Made by a program: the position numbers and the translations under genes
DNA from: Sediminibacterium sp.
GTDB taxonomy: Bacteria > Bacteroidota > Bacteroidia > Chitinophagales > Chitinophagaceae
Reading direction: 5' to 3'
DNA length: 64,000 nt
NCBI GenBank assembly: GCA_021300455.1
Contig: JAJTDP010000004.1
Coordinates: forward strand, 2,438 to 66,437
In this document: positions 9,081 through 19,415 of the stretch, in pieces
Position numbering within the stretch: the first letter of the stretch is position 1
How the letters are laid out: every line of letters begins with the position of its first letter
The notes under the pieces: generated by a model
The model's database searches: none
What the model saw: the letters and a program-made list of their open reading frames with translations, nothing else
What the model was told of the DNA's origin: nothing

Positions 9081-10382
9081 ATGAATATTTTACTCATTGG
9101 TAGTGGTGGAAGAGAAAATGCTTTGGCATGGAAAATGGCGCAAAGTCATCAGTGTGATGAAATTTTTATAGCGCCTGGGAACCCTGGTACTGCTGAGTTT
9201 GGAACGAATTTACCCATTGACATTAATGCCTTTGATGCCCTTAAAAAAGCGGCCATTGAACACCAAATAGAAATGATTGTTGTAGGACCGGAGGAACCGC
9301 TTGTAAAAGGGATTTATGATTTTTTCAATGACGATCCCTTAACAGCTCATATCAATATCATTGGCCCTTCAGCCAAAGCAGCACAGTTAGAAGGAAGCAA
9401 GGCTTTCAGTAAACATTTTATGCAAAGGCATCAAATACCTACTGCTAGTTATGCCGAATTCACCCTTGAAAATTATGAGCAAGGGCTTGCCTATATTAGC
9501 GCTCATGCTCTTCCCATTGTTTTAAAAGCAGATGGATTAGCCGCTGGCAAAGGCGTTATTATAGCCACCACACACCAAGAGGCATTGACCAGTTTTAAAG
9601 AAATGCTACAGGACAAACAATTTGGAGCCGCCAGTGATAAAGTAGTAATAGAGCAGTTTTTAGAAGGTATTGAGGTAAGCGTTTTTGCTTTAACCGATGG
9701 GACAAATTATCAAATTATAGGACATGCCAAGGATTATAAAAGAATTGGCGAGGGCGATACAGGATTAAACACAGGTGGCATGGGTTGCGTAAGCCCCGTT
9801 CCCTTTATGGATGCGGCTTTTATGGCTAAGGTAAATGCTCAAATTGTGAAGCCCACTATTAAAGGTATTCAGCAGGAAGGCCTTGTTTATAAGGGATTTG
9901 TGTTCTTTGGACTGATGAATTGTCAGGGAGAACCCTATGTTATTGAATACAATTGTCGCTTGGGGGACCCAGAAACGGAAGTAATTCTACCGCGTTTGCA
10001 AACCGACTTAGTAAGTCTACTAGCTGCTGTCGATAATGGCACTTTAGAGGATGTGAATATTCAATATCATGAGCAGTTCTTTGCAACTGTGATGGCCGTA
10101 AGTTGCGGTTATCCTGGGTCTTATGAAAAAAACTTTCCCATTCAAGGAATAGAGCTTGCACAAAAATTACCCGACAGCCTTGTATTTCAAGCTGGCACTG
10201 GGTTTCAAGAAAATACAATTGTTACCAAAGGAGGACGTGTACTTACTGTGACTAGCCAAGGCAAAGACCTTCAAGAAGCTGTTCAAAAAGCGCGAAAAGC
10301 ACTTTCAACTATTCAGTTTGAAGGCATGTATTTTAGAAAAGATATTGGTTATGAGTTAACGATCTACAATGGGATTATTTAA
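9081..10382 (+). CDS. purD: Phosphoribosylamine-glycine ligase
   Basis: GSGGRE, APGNPG, VLKADGLAAGKGV, NTGGMG, EYNCRLGDPET, GGRVL motifs. Confidence 0.98.
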   Translation: MNILLIGSGGRENALAWKMAQSHQCDEIFIAPGNPGTAEFGTNLPIDINAFDALKKAAIEHQIEMIVVGPEEPLVKGIYDFFNDDPLTAHINIIGPSAKAAQLEGSKAFSKHFMQRHQIPTASYAEFTLENYEQGLAYISAHALPIVLKADGLAAGKGVIIATTHQEALTSFKEMLQDKQFGAASDKVVIEQFLEGIEVSVFALTDGTNYQIIGHAKDYKRIGEGDTGLNTGGMGCVSPVPFMDAAFMAKVNAQIVKPTIKGIQQEGLVYKGFVFFGLMNCQGEPYVIEYNCRLGDPETEVILPRLQTDLVSLLAAVDNGTLEDVNIQYHEQFFATVMAVSCGYPGSYEKNFPIQGIELAQKLPDSLVFQAGTGFQENTIVTKGGRVLTVTSQGKDLQEAVQKARKALSTIQFEGMYFRKDIGYELTIYNGII

Positions 10383-11394
10383 TTTTTTTACGCAGGAAAT
10401 AGCGATGGACTTAGGTACAGCCAACACACTAATTATTCACAACGATGAAGTAGTCGTGAATGAACCTTCAATTATTGCTTTGAATAGGAATAATATGAAA
10501 GAAGTTCTAGGCGTAGGTAAAAAAGCATTGTTGATGCATGAAAAAACGCATGAAAGTATTAAAACAGTTCGCCCATTAAAAGATGGTGTAATCGCCGACT
10601 TTAACGCTGCTGAATTAATGATTCGTGAGTTGATGAAAATGATTTATCCAAAGAAGCCTTTATTTCCCCCAAGTTGGAGAATGGTTATTTGTATTCCTTC
10701 TTCTATTACTGAAGTAGAAAAAAGAGCGGTGCGTGATAGTGCTGAGCAAGCAGGCGCTAAAGAAGTATACATGATTCACGAACCTATGGCAGCTGCATTA
10801 GGAATTGGTATTGATGTAGAAGAGCCTGTAGGAAATATGATTATTGATATTGGAGGTGGTACAACAGGTATTACCGTTATCGCACTTGCAGGAATAGTTT
10901 GTGATCAAAGTATTCGTATTGCAGGAGATGAATTTACTGCAGATATTATGGAAGCATTAAGACGTTATCATAGTTTATTAATTGGTGAGCGTACTGCAGA
11001 ACAAATTAAAATTCATGTGGGTGCCGCTTTAAAAGATTTAGACAATCCTCCAGATGATATGCCAGTGAATGGTCGTGACTTAGTTACAGGTATTCCTAAA
11101 CAAATTATGGTTACTTATCAAGAAGTAGCCGAGGCTTTAGATAAGAGTATTTTTAAAATTGAAGAGGCTATCTTAAAAGCCTTAGAAACAACGCCACCAG
11201 AGCTTGCGTCAGATATATACCGCAGAGGTTTATACTTAACAGGAGGTGGTGCACTACTGCGCGGATTAGATAAAAGATTAAGTCAAAAAATAAAATTACC
11301 TGTTCATGTTGCTGAGGATCCACTGAAAAGTGTAGTACGCGGAACAGGAATTGCACTTAAGAATTATCAACGCTTTCCATTTATTATGAGATAA
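10369..11394 (+). CDS. mreB: Rod shape-determining actin homolog MreB
   Basis: MDLGTANTLI, IDIGGGTT, LTGGGALLRGLD motifs. Confidence 0.98.
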   Translation: MGLFNFFTQEIAMDLGTANTLIIHNDEVVVNEPSIIALNRNNMKEVLGVGKKALLMHEKTHESIKTVRPLKDGVIADFNAAELMIRELMKMIYPKKPLFPPSWRMVICIPSSITEVEKRAVRDSAEQAGAKEVYMIHEPMAAALGIGIDVEEPVGNMIIDIGGGTTGITVIALAGIVCDQSIRIAGDEFTADIMEALRRYHSLLIGERTAEQIKIHVGAALKDLDNPPDDMPVNGRDLVTGIPKQIMVTYQEVAEALDKSIFKIEEAILKALETTPPELASDIYRRGLYLTGGGALLRGLDKRLSQKIKLPVHVAEDPLKSVVRGTGIALKNYQRFPFIMR

Positions 11395-11400
11395 TACCCA

Positions 11401-12255
11401 ATGAAGAATATTATTGGCTTAATACGACAGAACTTTACTTTTTTTTTCTTTCTGACACTCCAAATTGTGTCATTGGTCATGTTGTCTTCCAATAGTAAAA
11501 CACATGAAACTTTTTTTGGCGGCTGGAGCAATCAAGTAACCGGCAATATCAATAGGTACTATTCTAGTTGGACTTATTTTTTTAGTTTAAAAGCAACCAA
11601 CGAAAAATTAGCTGCAGAAAATGTGGCCTTAAGAAATCAATTGGCACAAAATTTTGTAGGCTTTGATACGACTAAAAAATTAGGCACCCTTATTTTAAGA
11701 AAAGATAGTCTAGAAAAAATTAGAAAGTTTTATTACTACCCAGCGAAAGTGGTGGGAAATACTTTCACGCTTCAAAAAAATTATATTGTTATTGAAAGAG
11801 GCAGCAAGCAAGGTATTAAAAAAGATATGGCTGCCATTAGCCCCGATGGAAGTATTGTGGGCGTAGTGGTAGAAGTGAACGAAAATTATAGCACCATCAT
11901 GAGCTTGCTGCATCGCAATAGTAAAGTAAGTGCGATGTTGAAAAGAGATAAGATTGCAGGCAGTATCGAATGGGATGGCGCCGACCCCAATATATTAGTA
12001 CTTAAAAATATTTCAAAGAGCGCGGCTCCTAAAGTAGGTGATACGGTTATCACTAGCCCCTACTCTTCCAATTTCCCGGCTCAGTTAATGGTAGGACGCG
12101 TAACTACTGTCATTCAAGACCCCTCTAGTAATTTCTTAACCTTGAATGTAAAGGCAGGCACTAACTTTTTTAATTTAGAATATGTTTATTTGGTAGAGAA
12201 TAGAAGAATGGAAGACCAAAATAAGGTAAATATAAAGGAGGCAGTCAATGAATAA
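11401..12255 (+). CDS. mreC: Rod shape-determining protein MreC
   Basis: N-terminal TM, coiled coil, IERGSKQGIKKDMA, VGDTVITS; position after mreB. Confidence 0.95.
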   Translation: MKNIIGLIRQNFTFFFFLTLQIVSLVMLSSNSKTHETFFGGWSNQVTGNINRYYSSWTYFFSLKATNEKLAAENVALRNQLAQNFVGFDTTKKLGTLILRKDSLEKIRKFYYYPAKVVGNTFTLQKNYIVIERGSKQGIKKDMAAISPDGSIVGVVVEVNENYSTIMSLLHRNSKVSAMLKRDKIAGSIEWDGADPNILVLKNISKSAAPKVGDTVITSPYSSNFPAQLMVGRVTTVIQDPSSNFLTLNVKAGTNFFNLEYVYLVENRRMEDQNKVNIKEAVNE

Positions 12256-12769
12256 TTTACTAAAAAATACTACTCAATTTATTTTGTTCTTATTAGTACA
12301 AATAGTCATTTTAAATGAAGTGCCTCCTATTCATCAATTTATCACTCCCTATATTTATTTTCTATTTTTATTGTGGTTGCCTTTGGGAACTAATCGTATT
12401 AGCACCACCTTACTTGGATTTATATTCGGCTACAGCCTTGATTTATTTACCAAAACCCCTGGACTGCATGCCGCTGCTTGCGGTTTGATGGGATACCTAA
12501 GACCTACTATTTTAAATTTACTCTTATCACAAGAGGCCTCTGAAGAAGTAAGCAAAGAACCAAGTATTGCCACCATGGGCTGGGGCCCTTATGCTTTTTA
12601 TGCATTTGCGCTCACTTTTATTCACCATTTCTATTTAGTCTTATTAGAATGGTTGCAGTTTGGTAACTTTGGTTACTTCATTGGAAAAGTGTTCTTCACT
12701 AGTATCATTAGTTTATTATTAATTTTTAGTGTGGAGCTTATCATGAACAGAAGAAAGCTAAAAAGATAA
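12248..12769 (+). CDS. mreD: Rod shape-determining protein MreD
   Basis: Polytopic membrane protein with GYSLDLFTKTPGLHAAA; lies between mreC and mrdA. Confidence 0.92.
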   Translation: MNNLLKNTTQFILFLLVQIVILNEVPPIHQFITPYIYFLFLLWLPLGTNRISTTLLGFIFGYSLDLFTKTPGLHAAACGLMGYLRPTILNLLLSQEASEEVSKEPSIATMGWGPYAFYAFALTFIHHFYLVLLEWLQFGNFGYFIGKVFFTSIISLLLIFSVELIMNRRKLKR

Positions 12770-12772
12770 TTC

Positions 12773-14810
12773 ATGTCAATGTATAATTCGAATCGCGGGG
12801 GTATCATTCAAATTATCATTGGTATTATTTTTGTCTTAATCACCGCTCAACTCATTAGTTTACAAATATTTTCTAGCAAGTATGTACTAGCTGCAAATAA
12901 CAATGCCATTTTCAGAAAAATTATTTACCCAGATAGAGGCATTATCTACGATCGTAAAAAAAGAGCCCTTTTAGAAAATACCATTAGCTATGACTTAGTG
13001 GTTATTCCCAATGAAGCAAGGGGTGTTGACACGGCTACTTTATGTGAAATTTTAAAAATAGACAAAGCCGAGTATAATAAAAGAATAGTGGAAGTGATTA
13101 TTAAAAATACACGTGTTAAAGCTGGTATATTCGAGCCCTTTCTTTCTGCAGAATTATATGCGCAATTAACGGAGAACTTATACCGTTTTCCGGGCTTCTC
13201 TATATCTGAGCGTTCTATTCGTTCTTATCCTTATAATACAGCAGCTCATGTACTTGGCTATGTGGCAGAAGTAGATGTTAAATTTTTAAAAGTACATGGT
13301 GAAGAAGGCTATGAGATGGGTGACTATGCGGGTATGACAGGTTTAGAAAAACAATATGAGTCTATCTTAATGGGACAAAGAGGTGTCAAAAGATATTTGA
13401 GAGATAATAAAGGGAAAATACAAGGGCCTTTTGAAAAAGGAGAATTTGATACCCTGGCCATTGCAGGTAGAAATTTATTTACAAGCATGGATGTAGAAGT
13501 GCAACAACTCGCAGAAAAATTATTACAACATAAAATAGGAAGTGTGGTGGCATTGAATCCTAAAACAGGATCTGTGATTGCGATGGCTTCTAGTCCTGGA
13601 TACAATCCTAATTTATTAACGGGTAATCAAAGAAGAAAAACAATTGGTAGGTTATTAACCGACACAGCACGTCCAATTTATAATCGCGCTATTAAAGGTC
13701 AATACCCTCCAGGTTCTACCTTTAAACCCTTGGGTGCTTTAATTGCATTAGATGAAGGGCTTATCACACCTAGTTTTGGATACAATTGTTTTGGATTATA
13801 TACCTCTTGTGGTGACCCGAGAAAATGTGAACACCATAATGCCGGACACGCTGCTAATTTACAATTGGCCTTGGCTTATTCTTGTAACTCTTATTTTTTA
13901 CAAGTTTTTAGAATGGCCATTGACAATCCCAAATACCGTGATGCCAAAAAAGGTTATTTAAAATGGAAGCAGTACATGAATAGTTTTGGCCTAGGTAGAA
14001 AATTAGGTATTGACTTACCTAGTGAAAATAGAGCCAACATTCCCGATACTGCACAGTACAATAAAGAATGCAATGGCCTTTATAGCGAATAAAGGATATT
14101 ATTATACACCTCATTTTATTGATAGTGTAGAAGAAGAAGATGAAATAGATAAAAAATTATTGGAGAACTTTCGCGTGAAACAAGAAGTGACTAAAATACC
14201 TACTGAATATTTTGATGTCATTAAAGAAGGCATGCATGATGTAACTGTTTTTGGAACGGCTGCCTTTATTAAAGTACCCGGTCATGAATTTTGCGCCAAA
14301 ACAGGTACTGCACAAAACCCACACGGAAAAAATCACTCCTTATTTGTTTGCTTTGCGCCCAAAGACAATCCTAAAATTGCAGTAGCTGTGATAGTAGAGA
14401 ATGCGGGCTTCGGTTCTACTTGGGCAGGCCCTATAGCAGGCCTTATTATGGAAAAGTATTTAAATGATACTTTAACTAAGGAAAGTAAAACAAAGGCAGA
14501 CAACTTATCTAATGTCGATTTAATGCCGGAATCTATTAAAGCCTGGTATATTAGGAATAATAAAACTGAAATGCTTACTCCTATTGAATATAACAATGAT
14601 GAATTAGCAGATGTTTGGGATATGGAAATGATTTCTGAAAATACGCCTGTCAAAGCTAAAGTAGATACCATCAAAAAAATAGATACTGCAGCTCCACCAG
14701 CTAAACCAGTAGCCCCTCCTGTTAAAGATAAAAAAACGAAAGAAGAAGCCTTGAATCCTAAGATGAAAAAAAAGAAAGCAAACAGTAAAACAAACAATGT
14801 CAGCATCTAG
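12773..14810 (+). pseudogene. mrdA: Penicillin-binding protein 2 split into two frames (12773..14092 and ~14067..14810) by an apparent internal deletion; true lesion or assembly error
   Basis: Fragment 1 has the TM, dimerisation domain, SxxK (GSTFK) and SxN (SCN). Fragment 2 resumes at NAMAFIANKGYY and carries KTG (AKTGTAQ). The usual intervening ...GIGQ...TPLQ segment is missing. Confidence 0.85.
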
Positions 14811-16143
14811 TAACAATAATAATTTTTCAAAAGGAACCGACTTAGCTGTCATCCTACTTTACCTTATTATGGTGGCTATTGGCATTATGTGCATTTTTAT
14901 GGTTGAGTACAATCCTAATTTAACTTGGAGCAATTCTTTTTTAACGGCTAAAACGAATTATAGCAAGCAAATTTATTTTGCTATTTTCTGCGGTTTTGTG
15001 GCCATCTTTATTTTACTTGTCGATAGTAAATTATTTACAGCCCTTGCTAATATTTCTTATGTACTAGGTATCTTATTAATGTTGGCCACTTTTGTTTTAG
15101 GCAAAAATATCAATGGCTCCAAAAGTTGGATTCCCATTGCAGGAGGCTTTAATTTACAACCTGCAGAATTATGCAAAATTTTCACTGCCCTCATTTTAGC
15201 AAAATTCATTGCTAAACCAGAAACCGATTTTACCAAATTAAAGTCGCATATCGTTGCGGGCATGATGATTGCCTTTCCCGCTGTTTTATCCATCATGCAA
15301 CATGAATTAGGACTGGCCTTGGTTTACAGCGCCTTTATATTTGCCATGTACCGTGAAGGGTTACCTCCAGTCATTCTTGTAATCTTACTTTCATTTGCCA
15401 TATTGGTTATTGCTACTTTATTATTAGCACCTACCACCCTTTCTATTATTTTAACAGCCTTAGCAGGATTGTTTATTGCCACCATGATTAAAAGGTTCAA
15501 GCGCAATAAAAAAAGTATACTAATAGTACTTGCCATTTGGTTGGTAAGTTTTGGTACCGTTCGATTTGCAGTACCCTATATTTTTAATAACGTATTTGAG
15601 TGTTACCAAAGTACCCGTATATATTCAATGATTGGTAAAGAGTATGATTGCTCTTTAAATAAAAAATCGGCTAGCTCCATTACAGAAAAGAAAAGTAAAA
15701 AACCCGATGACTACAATGTGAAGCAAAGTAAAATTGCTATTGGCTCTGGAGGTTTTTGGGGTAGAGGTTTTTTAAAGGGCACGCAAACTAGAGGAAGATA
15801 TGTACCGGCACAGCATACCGATTTTATATTCACTTCTCTAGGAGAAGCTTTCGGATTTGTAGGCACATTTACTTTCTTAGCCCTTTATTTATTTTTCTTA
15901 TTTAGACTTATTAGAATTGCGGAGAGACAAAGAAGTACTTTTTCAAGAGTATACGCCTATAGTGTAGTGGGTATTTTCTTTTTTCATATTGCGGTGAATA
16001 TCTGTATGTCCATTGGCTTATTCCCTGTAGTGGGTATTCCCCTGCCTTTAATTAGTTATGGCGGTTCCTCTTTACTTACTTTTACAGCCCTTTTATTTAT
16101 TTTATTAAGATTAGACGCAGACAGGCAGATGGTGCTGCGTTAA
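14797..16143 (+). CDS. rodA: Rod shape-determining SEDS protein RodA
   Basis: GSKSWI, QPAELCK, QSKIAIGSGG, HTDFIF, GIPLPLISYGGSS motifs. Confidence 0.97.
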   Translation: MSASSNNNNFSKGTDLAVILLYLIMVAIGIMCIFMVEYNPNLTWSNSFLTAKTNYSKQIYFAIFCGFVAIFILLVDSKLFTALANISYVLGILLMLATFVLGKNINGSKSWIPIAGGFNLQPAELCKIFTALILAKFIAKPETDFTKLKSHIVAGMMIAFPAVLSIMQHELGLALVYSAFIFAMYREGLPPVILVILLSFAILVIATLLLAPTTLSIILTALAGLFIATMIKRFKRNKKSILIVLAIWLVSFGTVRFAVPYIFNNVFECYQSTRIYSMIGKEYDCSLNKKSASSITEKKSKKPDDYNVKQSKIAIGSGGFWGRGFLKGTQTRGRYVPAQHTDFIFTSLGEAFGFVGTFTFLALYLFFLFRLIRIAERQRSTFSRVYAYSVVGIFFFHIAVNICMSIGLFPVVGIPLPLISYGGSSLLTFTALLFILLRLDADRQMVLR

Positions 16144-16159
16144 TGCTTATTTTTGTAGT

Positions 16160-16918
16160 ATGCGCATTTACCCTTTATCTGAAGGCAGTTTTTCCATTGA
16201 TGAAACAAAAGTCTTTAAGCCTTTTGATAGCAGCAGTCCCGATTACCCTAATAGGCCCAAGGGCAGTATACTTGTAGAAGTTCAACCCTTTGTCATCATT
16301 ACCGATAACGATATTATTTTATTAGATACAGGGCTTGGTTATTTAAATAAATTAGGTGTCTTACAAATTCATGAAAATTTAATGGCATTAGGTATTGATC
16401 CCTCCAAGGTCACCAAGGTTTTTTTAAGTCATTTACACAAGGACCATGCAGGGGGCATTAGTTATTTACATCCTATTCATCAGGAGCAATTTATTAGTTT
16501 CCCTTATGCTAAATATTATGTGCAAAAAAGAGAATTTGAGGAAGTCATGCAAAATAGCAAGAGTTCTTCCCTACTTGCAAAAGTAGGTATCTTAGAAAGT
16601 TTTAGTGGAACAGTATGGCTTAGGGAAGACAAAGGCATAATTGATAATCTTATTCATTATGAAATAACGGGCGGTCATTGTGAATTTCATCAAGTTGCTT
16701 GGATCAAAGAAAATGAGGAAATTATTTTTTTTGGTGCAGATGTTGCTCCACAATTACAACAAATGAAATCAAGATTTGTGGCCAAATACGATTTAGACGG
16801 AAAGAAAGCTTTAGCGTACAGGCAAGGTTGGTGGGAAGAAGGAAATAAGGAGCAGTGGACCTTTGCCTTCTACCATGATATTAGTCAGCCTACCTTTAGG
16901 GCTGATACAAATATCTAA
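16160..16918 (+). CDS. MBL-fold metallo-hydrolase
   Basis: LLDTGLG, SHLHKDH (HxHxDH), GGHCEFH, FFGADV, FYHD. Confidence 0.9.
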   Translation: MRIYPLSEGSFSIDETKVFKPFDSSSPDYPNRPKGSILVEVQPFVIITDNDIILLDTGLGYLNKLGVLQIHENLMALGIDPSKVTKVFLSHLHKDHAGGISYLHPIHQEQFISFPYAKYYVQKREFEEVMQNSKSSSLLAKVGILESFSGTVWLREDKGIIDNLIHYEITGGHCEFHQVAWIKENEEIIFFGADVAPQLQQMKSRFVAKYDLDGKKALAYRQGWWEEGNKEQWTFAFYHDISQPTFRADTNI

Positions 16919-16939
16919 TACTATTTTTTGATACAATTA

Positions 16940-17548
16940 TTAAACCGCTCCGCTGTCTTTCCAATTCCATAAATGCAAGCAGGCATAGGTTCTATAAGGT
17001 GACCAGCTTAGCGATTTTTTTAACATCTTAGTTTGTAATTCTTTCTTAGTAGTGTATTTTATTTTATACAATCTTATCATAGCTTGTTGAATACCTAAAT
17101 CATCTAGGGCAAAAACATCTTCATGACCCAGGCTAAACATAAGTAGCATCTCCACTGTCCATCTGCCTACCCCTTTAATTTGCGTTAGTAAAGCAATCAC
17201 TTCTTCCGGCTCCATTGCATATAATTGCTTGTCAGTTATTTTTTGGCTTAAAAAAAACTGAGCCACATTTTGAACATAGTTCACTTTTGAATTGCTTAAA
17301 CCAATTCCACGCAAAGTATCAAAAGGGGTATCTATTATAGCTTGCATACTAGGCTCTTTACCTTTATATACATCTATAAATCTTTTAAAAATGATGGCTG
17401 CCACTTTAGTGCTTAATTGTTGTGAAACAATACTAGCTATTAAACGAATGGCTGTGTTTTTTCTTTTCTTTAAAATATAGGGCTCTCCTTTTACAAGTGC
17501 CGCCAGCCCTTTATCTTTTTTCAAATGCTTTTGATAGCTCATAGCCAC
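16940..17548 (-). CDS. DNA-3-methyladenine glycosylase II (AlkA-like, HhH-GPD)
   Basis: IVSQQLS, GLSNSKVNY, IKGVGRWTVEM, ALDDLGI, WSPYRTYA. Confidence 0.93.
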   Translation of the reverse strand: MAMSYQKHLKKDKGLAALVKGEPYILKKRKNTAIRLIASIVSQQLSTKVAAIIFKRFIDVYKGKEPSMQAIIDTPFDTLRGIGLSNSKVNYVQNVAQFFLSQKITDKQLYAMEPEEVIALLTQIKGVGRWTVEMLLMFSLGHEDVFALDDLGIQQAMIRLYKIKYTTKKELQTKMLKKSLSWSPYRTYACLHLWNWKDSGAV

Positions 17549-17586
17549 AAATTAAGTAGAATTCAATAATTTTAATTAACTTTTCA

Positions 17587-18027
17587 ATGATTAAATCAAA
17601 GACTATGAAAAAATATTTCACCATTGCAGGGCTTTTTATATGCCTAACTAGTTTTGCGCAAAACGAAGACAAGCAAGCTATTCAGCAATTATTAGACAAG
17701 CAAGTAGCCGCATGGAATACAGGCAATATTGATGCCTTCATGTTGGGTTATTGGGAAAACGATAGTCTTATGTTTATGGGTAAAAATGGGCCTAAATATG
17801 GCTACAATACTACCTTGCTTAATTATAAAAAGAATTATCCTGACACTGCCCATATGGGTAAACTAGCCTTTACCATAACGCGTATGCAAGCGCTCAATAC
17901 CGATCACTATTTTATTATCGGACAATTTCATTTAAAAAGAACCGTGGGAGATGCCCATGGAAATTTTACACTTGTATTTAGAAAAATAAAAGGGGTTTGG
18001 AAAATTATATCCGATCATACAAGCTAA
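17587..18027 (+). CDS. Secreted SnoaL/NTF2-like (DUF4440) protein
   Basis: Signal peptide, AWNTGNIDAFMLGYW, GKLAF, WKIISDHTS. Confidence 0.85.
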   Translation: MIKSKTMKKYFTIAGLFICLTSFAQNEDKQAIQQLLDKQVAAWNTGNIDAFMLGYWENDSLMFMGKNGPKYGYNTTLLNYKKNYPDTAHMGKLAFTITRMQALNTDHYFIIGQFHLKRTVGDAHGNFTLVFRKIKGVWKIISDHTS

Positions 18028-18081
18028 ACCAAGCAAGACTAAGTTAAACGTGTATATTATAGAAGTTCTATTAAATAGCCG

Positions 18082-18315
18082 CTAATTTATTTTAATACCA
18101 ATAGGATTTTTCCAAATTCTATAAAGGATATAAGCAAAGCCTATAAAACTTGTTATTAAGAACAAGTAAAATAATATATTACCTAACTTCCACTCGGTTT
18201 CAATGTATGCATAGCCCCACATAATACCGAAGGCAACATTTATGGACATCCAAAATACCACCAAACCAATGGTGCGCATAATTCTATTTAAAAATTGAAG
18301 TAATAATGGCTCCAT
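18082..18315 (-). CDS. Small hypothetical two-TM membrane protein
   Basis: 77 aa, two hydrophobic segments; starts 4 nt after the M23 gene stop. Confidence 0.65.
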   Translation of the reverse strand: MEPLLLQFLNRIMRTIGLVVFWMSINVAFGIMWGYAYIETEWKLGNILFYLFLITSFIGFAYILYRIWKNPIGIKIN

Positions 18316-18319
18316 ATAA

Positions 18320-19291
18320 TTAATCTAAGCTTTGTTTATTATTGGCGGCTGCTTTTAACAATCGATCAAATTGTGCAGGTGTTAAATCATTGTAGAAATA
18401 ATAAACAGGATCTACTTTAATATTTCTTTTAATTACTTCATAATGACAATGTGGGCCAGTACTCTTACCTGTATTGCCAATATAACCAATCACTTCCCCT
18501 CTTTTTATAGACTGTCCCACCTTGGCTTTCACACGCACCATATGCCCGTATAATGTTTGGTAACCAAAGCCATGATTAATCACTACTTTATTACCATAGC
18601 CATCGGTATTAAATCCCGCTGCCTGCACCACTCCATCTGCAGTGGCATAAATAGGTGTCCCTGATGGTGCAGTAAAATCTAATCCTTGATGAAAACGAAC
18701 GTCTTTATAGATGGGGTCAATTCTATAACCAAAGCTTCCAGCAATTCTATTTAAGTTCTTATTACTCACTGGCTGAATAGAAGGAATGGCCTTTAATAAT
18801 TTTTCTTTGTTCTTCACCATCGTGCCTATCTCTGAAAAGGAAGTAATTTGGTAGGCCATTCTTAAATTTAAATTATTTAATTGGCTGATCATGTTTTCTA
18901 GTAATTCATTATTAGAAAAACTTTGTAATAAACGTACTTCTTTTTTGGACTCCATTTCTTTGACCCTAGCACTATCTGGTATGGGACTTGATTCAAAAAT
19001 AGATCGATACACTTCATTGTCTCTACTTTCTAATTCAACCATTTGTAATTGTAATTTTTTCAACTCAGACGATAAGACACTGTAATTTTCTTTATACGTC
19101 TCATTTTGTTGACGCAATAACTTTTCTTTAGGAGAGTCGATATATTGAAACATCACAATCACAATAATAACACCTGTTACTATAGAAGCTGCCACAAAGC
19201 CGAAAAGCTGAAGCAGGCGCACTCGAAGGGGCACTTCCACTTTTTCAAATCGAAGGCTATGTGTATTAAAGAAGTATTTTATTTTCTTCAT
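18320..19291 (-). CDS. M23 family metallopeptidase with N-terminal TM and coiled coil (likely start MKKIKYF at 19291)
   Basis: FGYRIDP, HQGLDF (HxxxD), LYGHM, STGPHCHYEV (HxH). Confidence 0.93.
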   Translation of the reverse strand: MKKIKYFFNTHSLRFEKVEVPLRVRLLQLFGFVAASIVTGVIIVIVMFQYIDSPKEKLLRQQNETYKENYSVLSSELKKLQLQMVELESRDNEVYRSIFESSPIPDSARVKEMESKKEVRLLQSFSNNELLENMISQLNNLNLRMAYQITSFSEIGTMVKNKEKLLKAIPSIQPVSNKNLNRIAGSFGYRIDPIYKDVRFHQGLDFTAPSGTPIYATADGVVQAAGFNTDGYGNKVVINHGFGYQTLYGHMVRVKAKVGQSIKRGEVIGYIGNTGKSTGPHCHYEVIKRNIKVDPVYYFYNDLTPAQFDRLLKAAANNKQSLD

Positions 19292-19344
19292 TTGAAATAA
19301 GCCATTTTTTTGTCTAATTAGGCCATAAAAAAGCCCCAATTCCT

Positions 19345-19352
19345 TACCTTTG
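19345..19352 (+). promoter_or_regulatory. -7 promoter box (TACCTTTG) for alaS
   Basis: TAnnTTTG match in the divergent M23/alaS gap. Confidence 0.55.
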
Positions 19353-19415
19353 AGGACAATAAAAAAGCATAACAAATATAGCTTTTAAGACCAATACAGC
19401 CTAAAATTAAGCTAC

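Noticed and set aside
14010-14066. ORF-track N-terminus of the second PBP2 fragment (MTYLVKIEPT...)
   Set aside because: Out-of-frame read of fragment 1; homology only begins at NAMAF (~14067).
14333-14852. Minus-strand ORFs of 157 and 82 aa
   Set aside because: Antisense to the mrdA C-terminus and rodA; hydrophobicity is an artefact of the Lys-rich sense strand.
19292-19375. Upstream extension of the M23 ORF, and similar extensions at ssb, padR, FKBP, the OXA-like gene and serS
   Set aside because: These alternative starts run into promoter or intergenic DNA; downstream ATGs fit the recognisable protein N-termini better.
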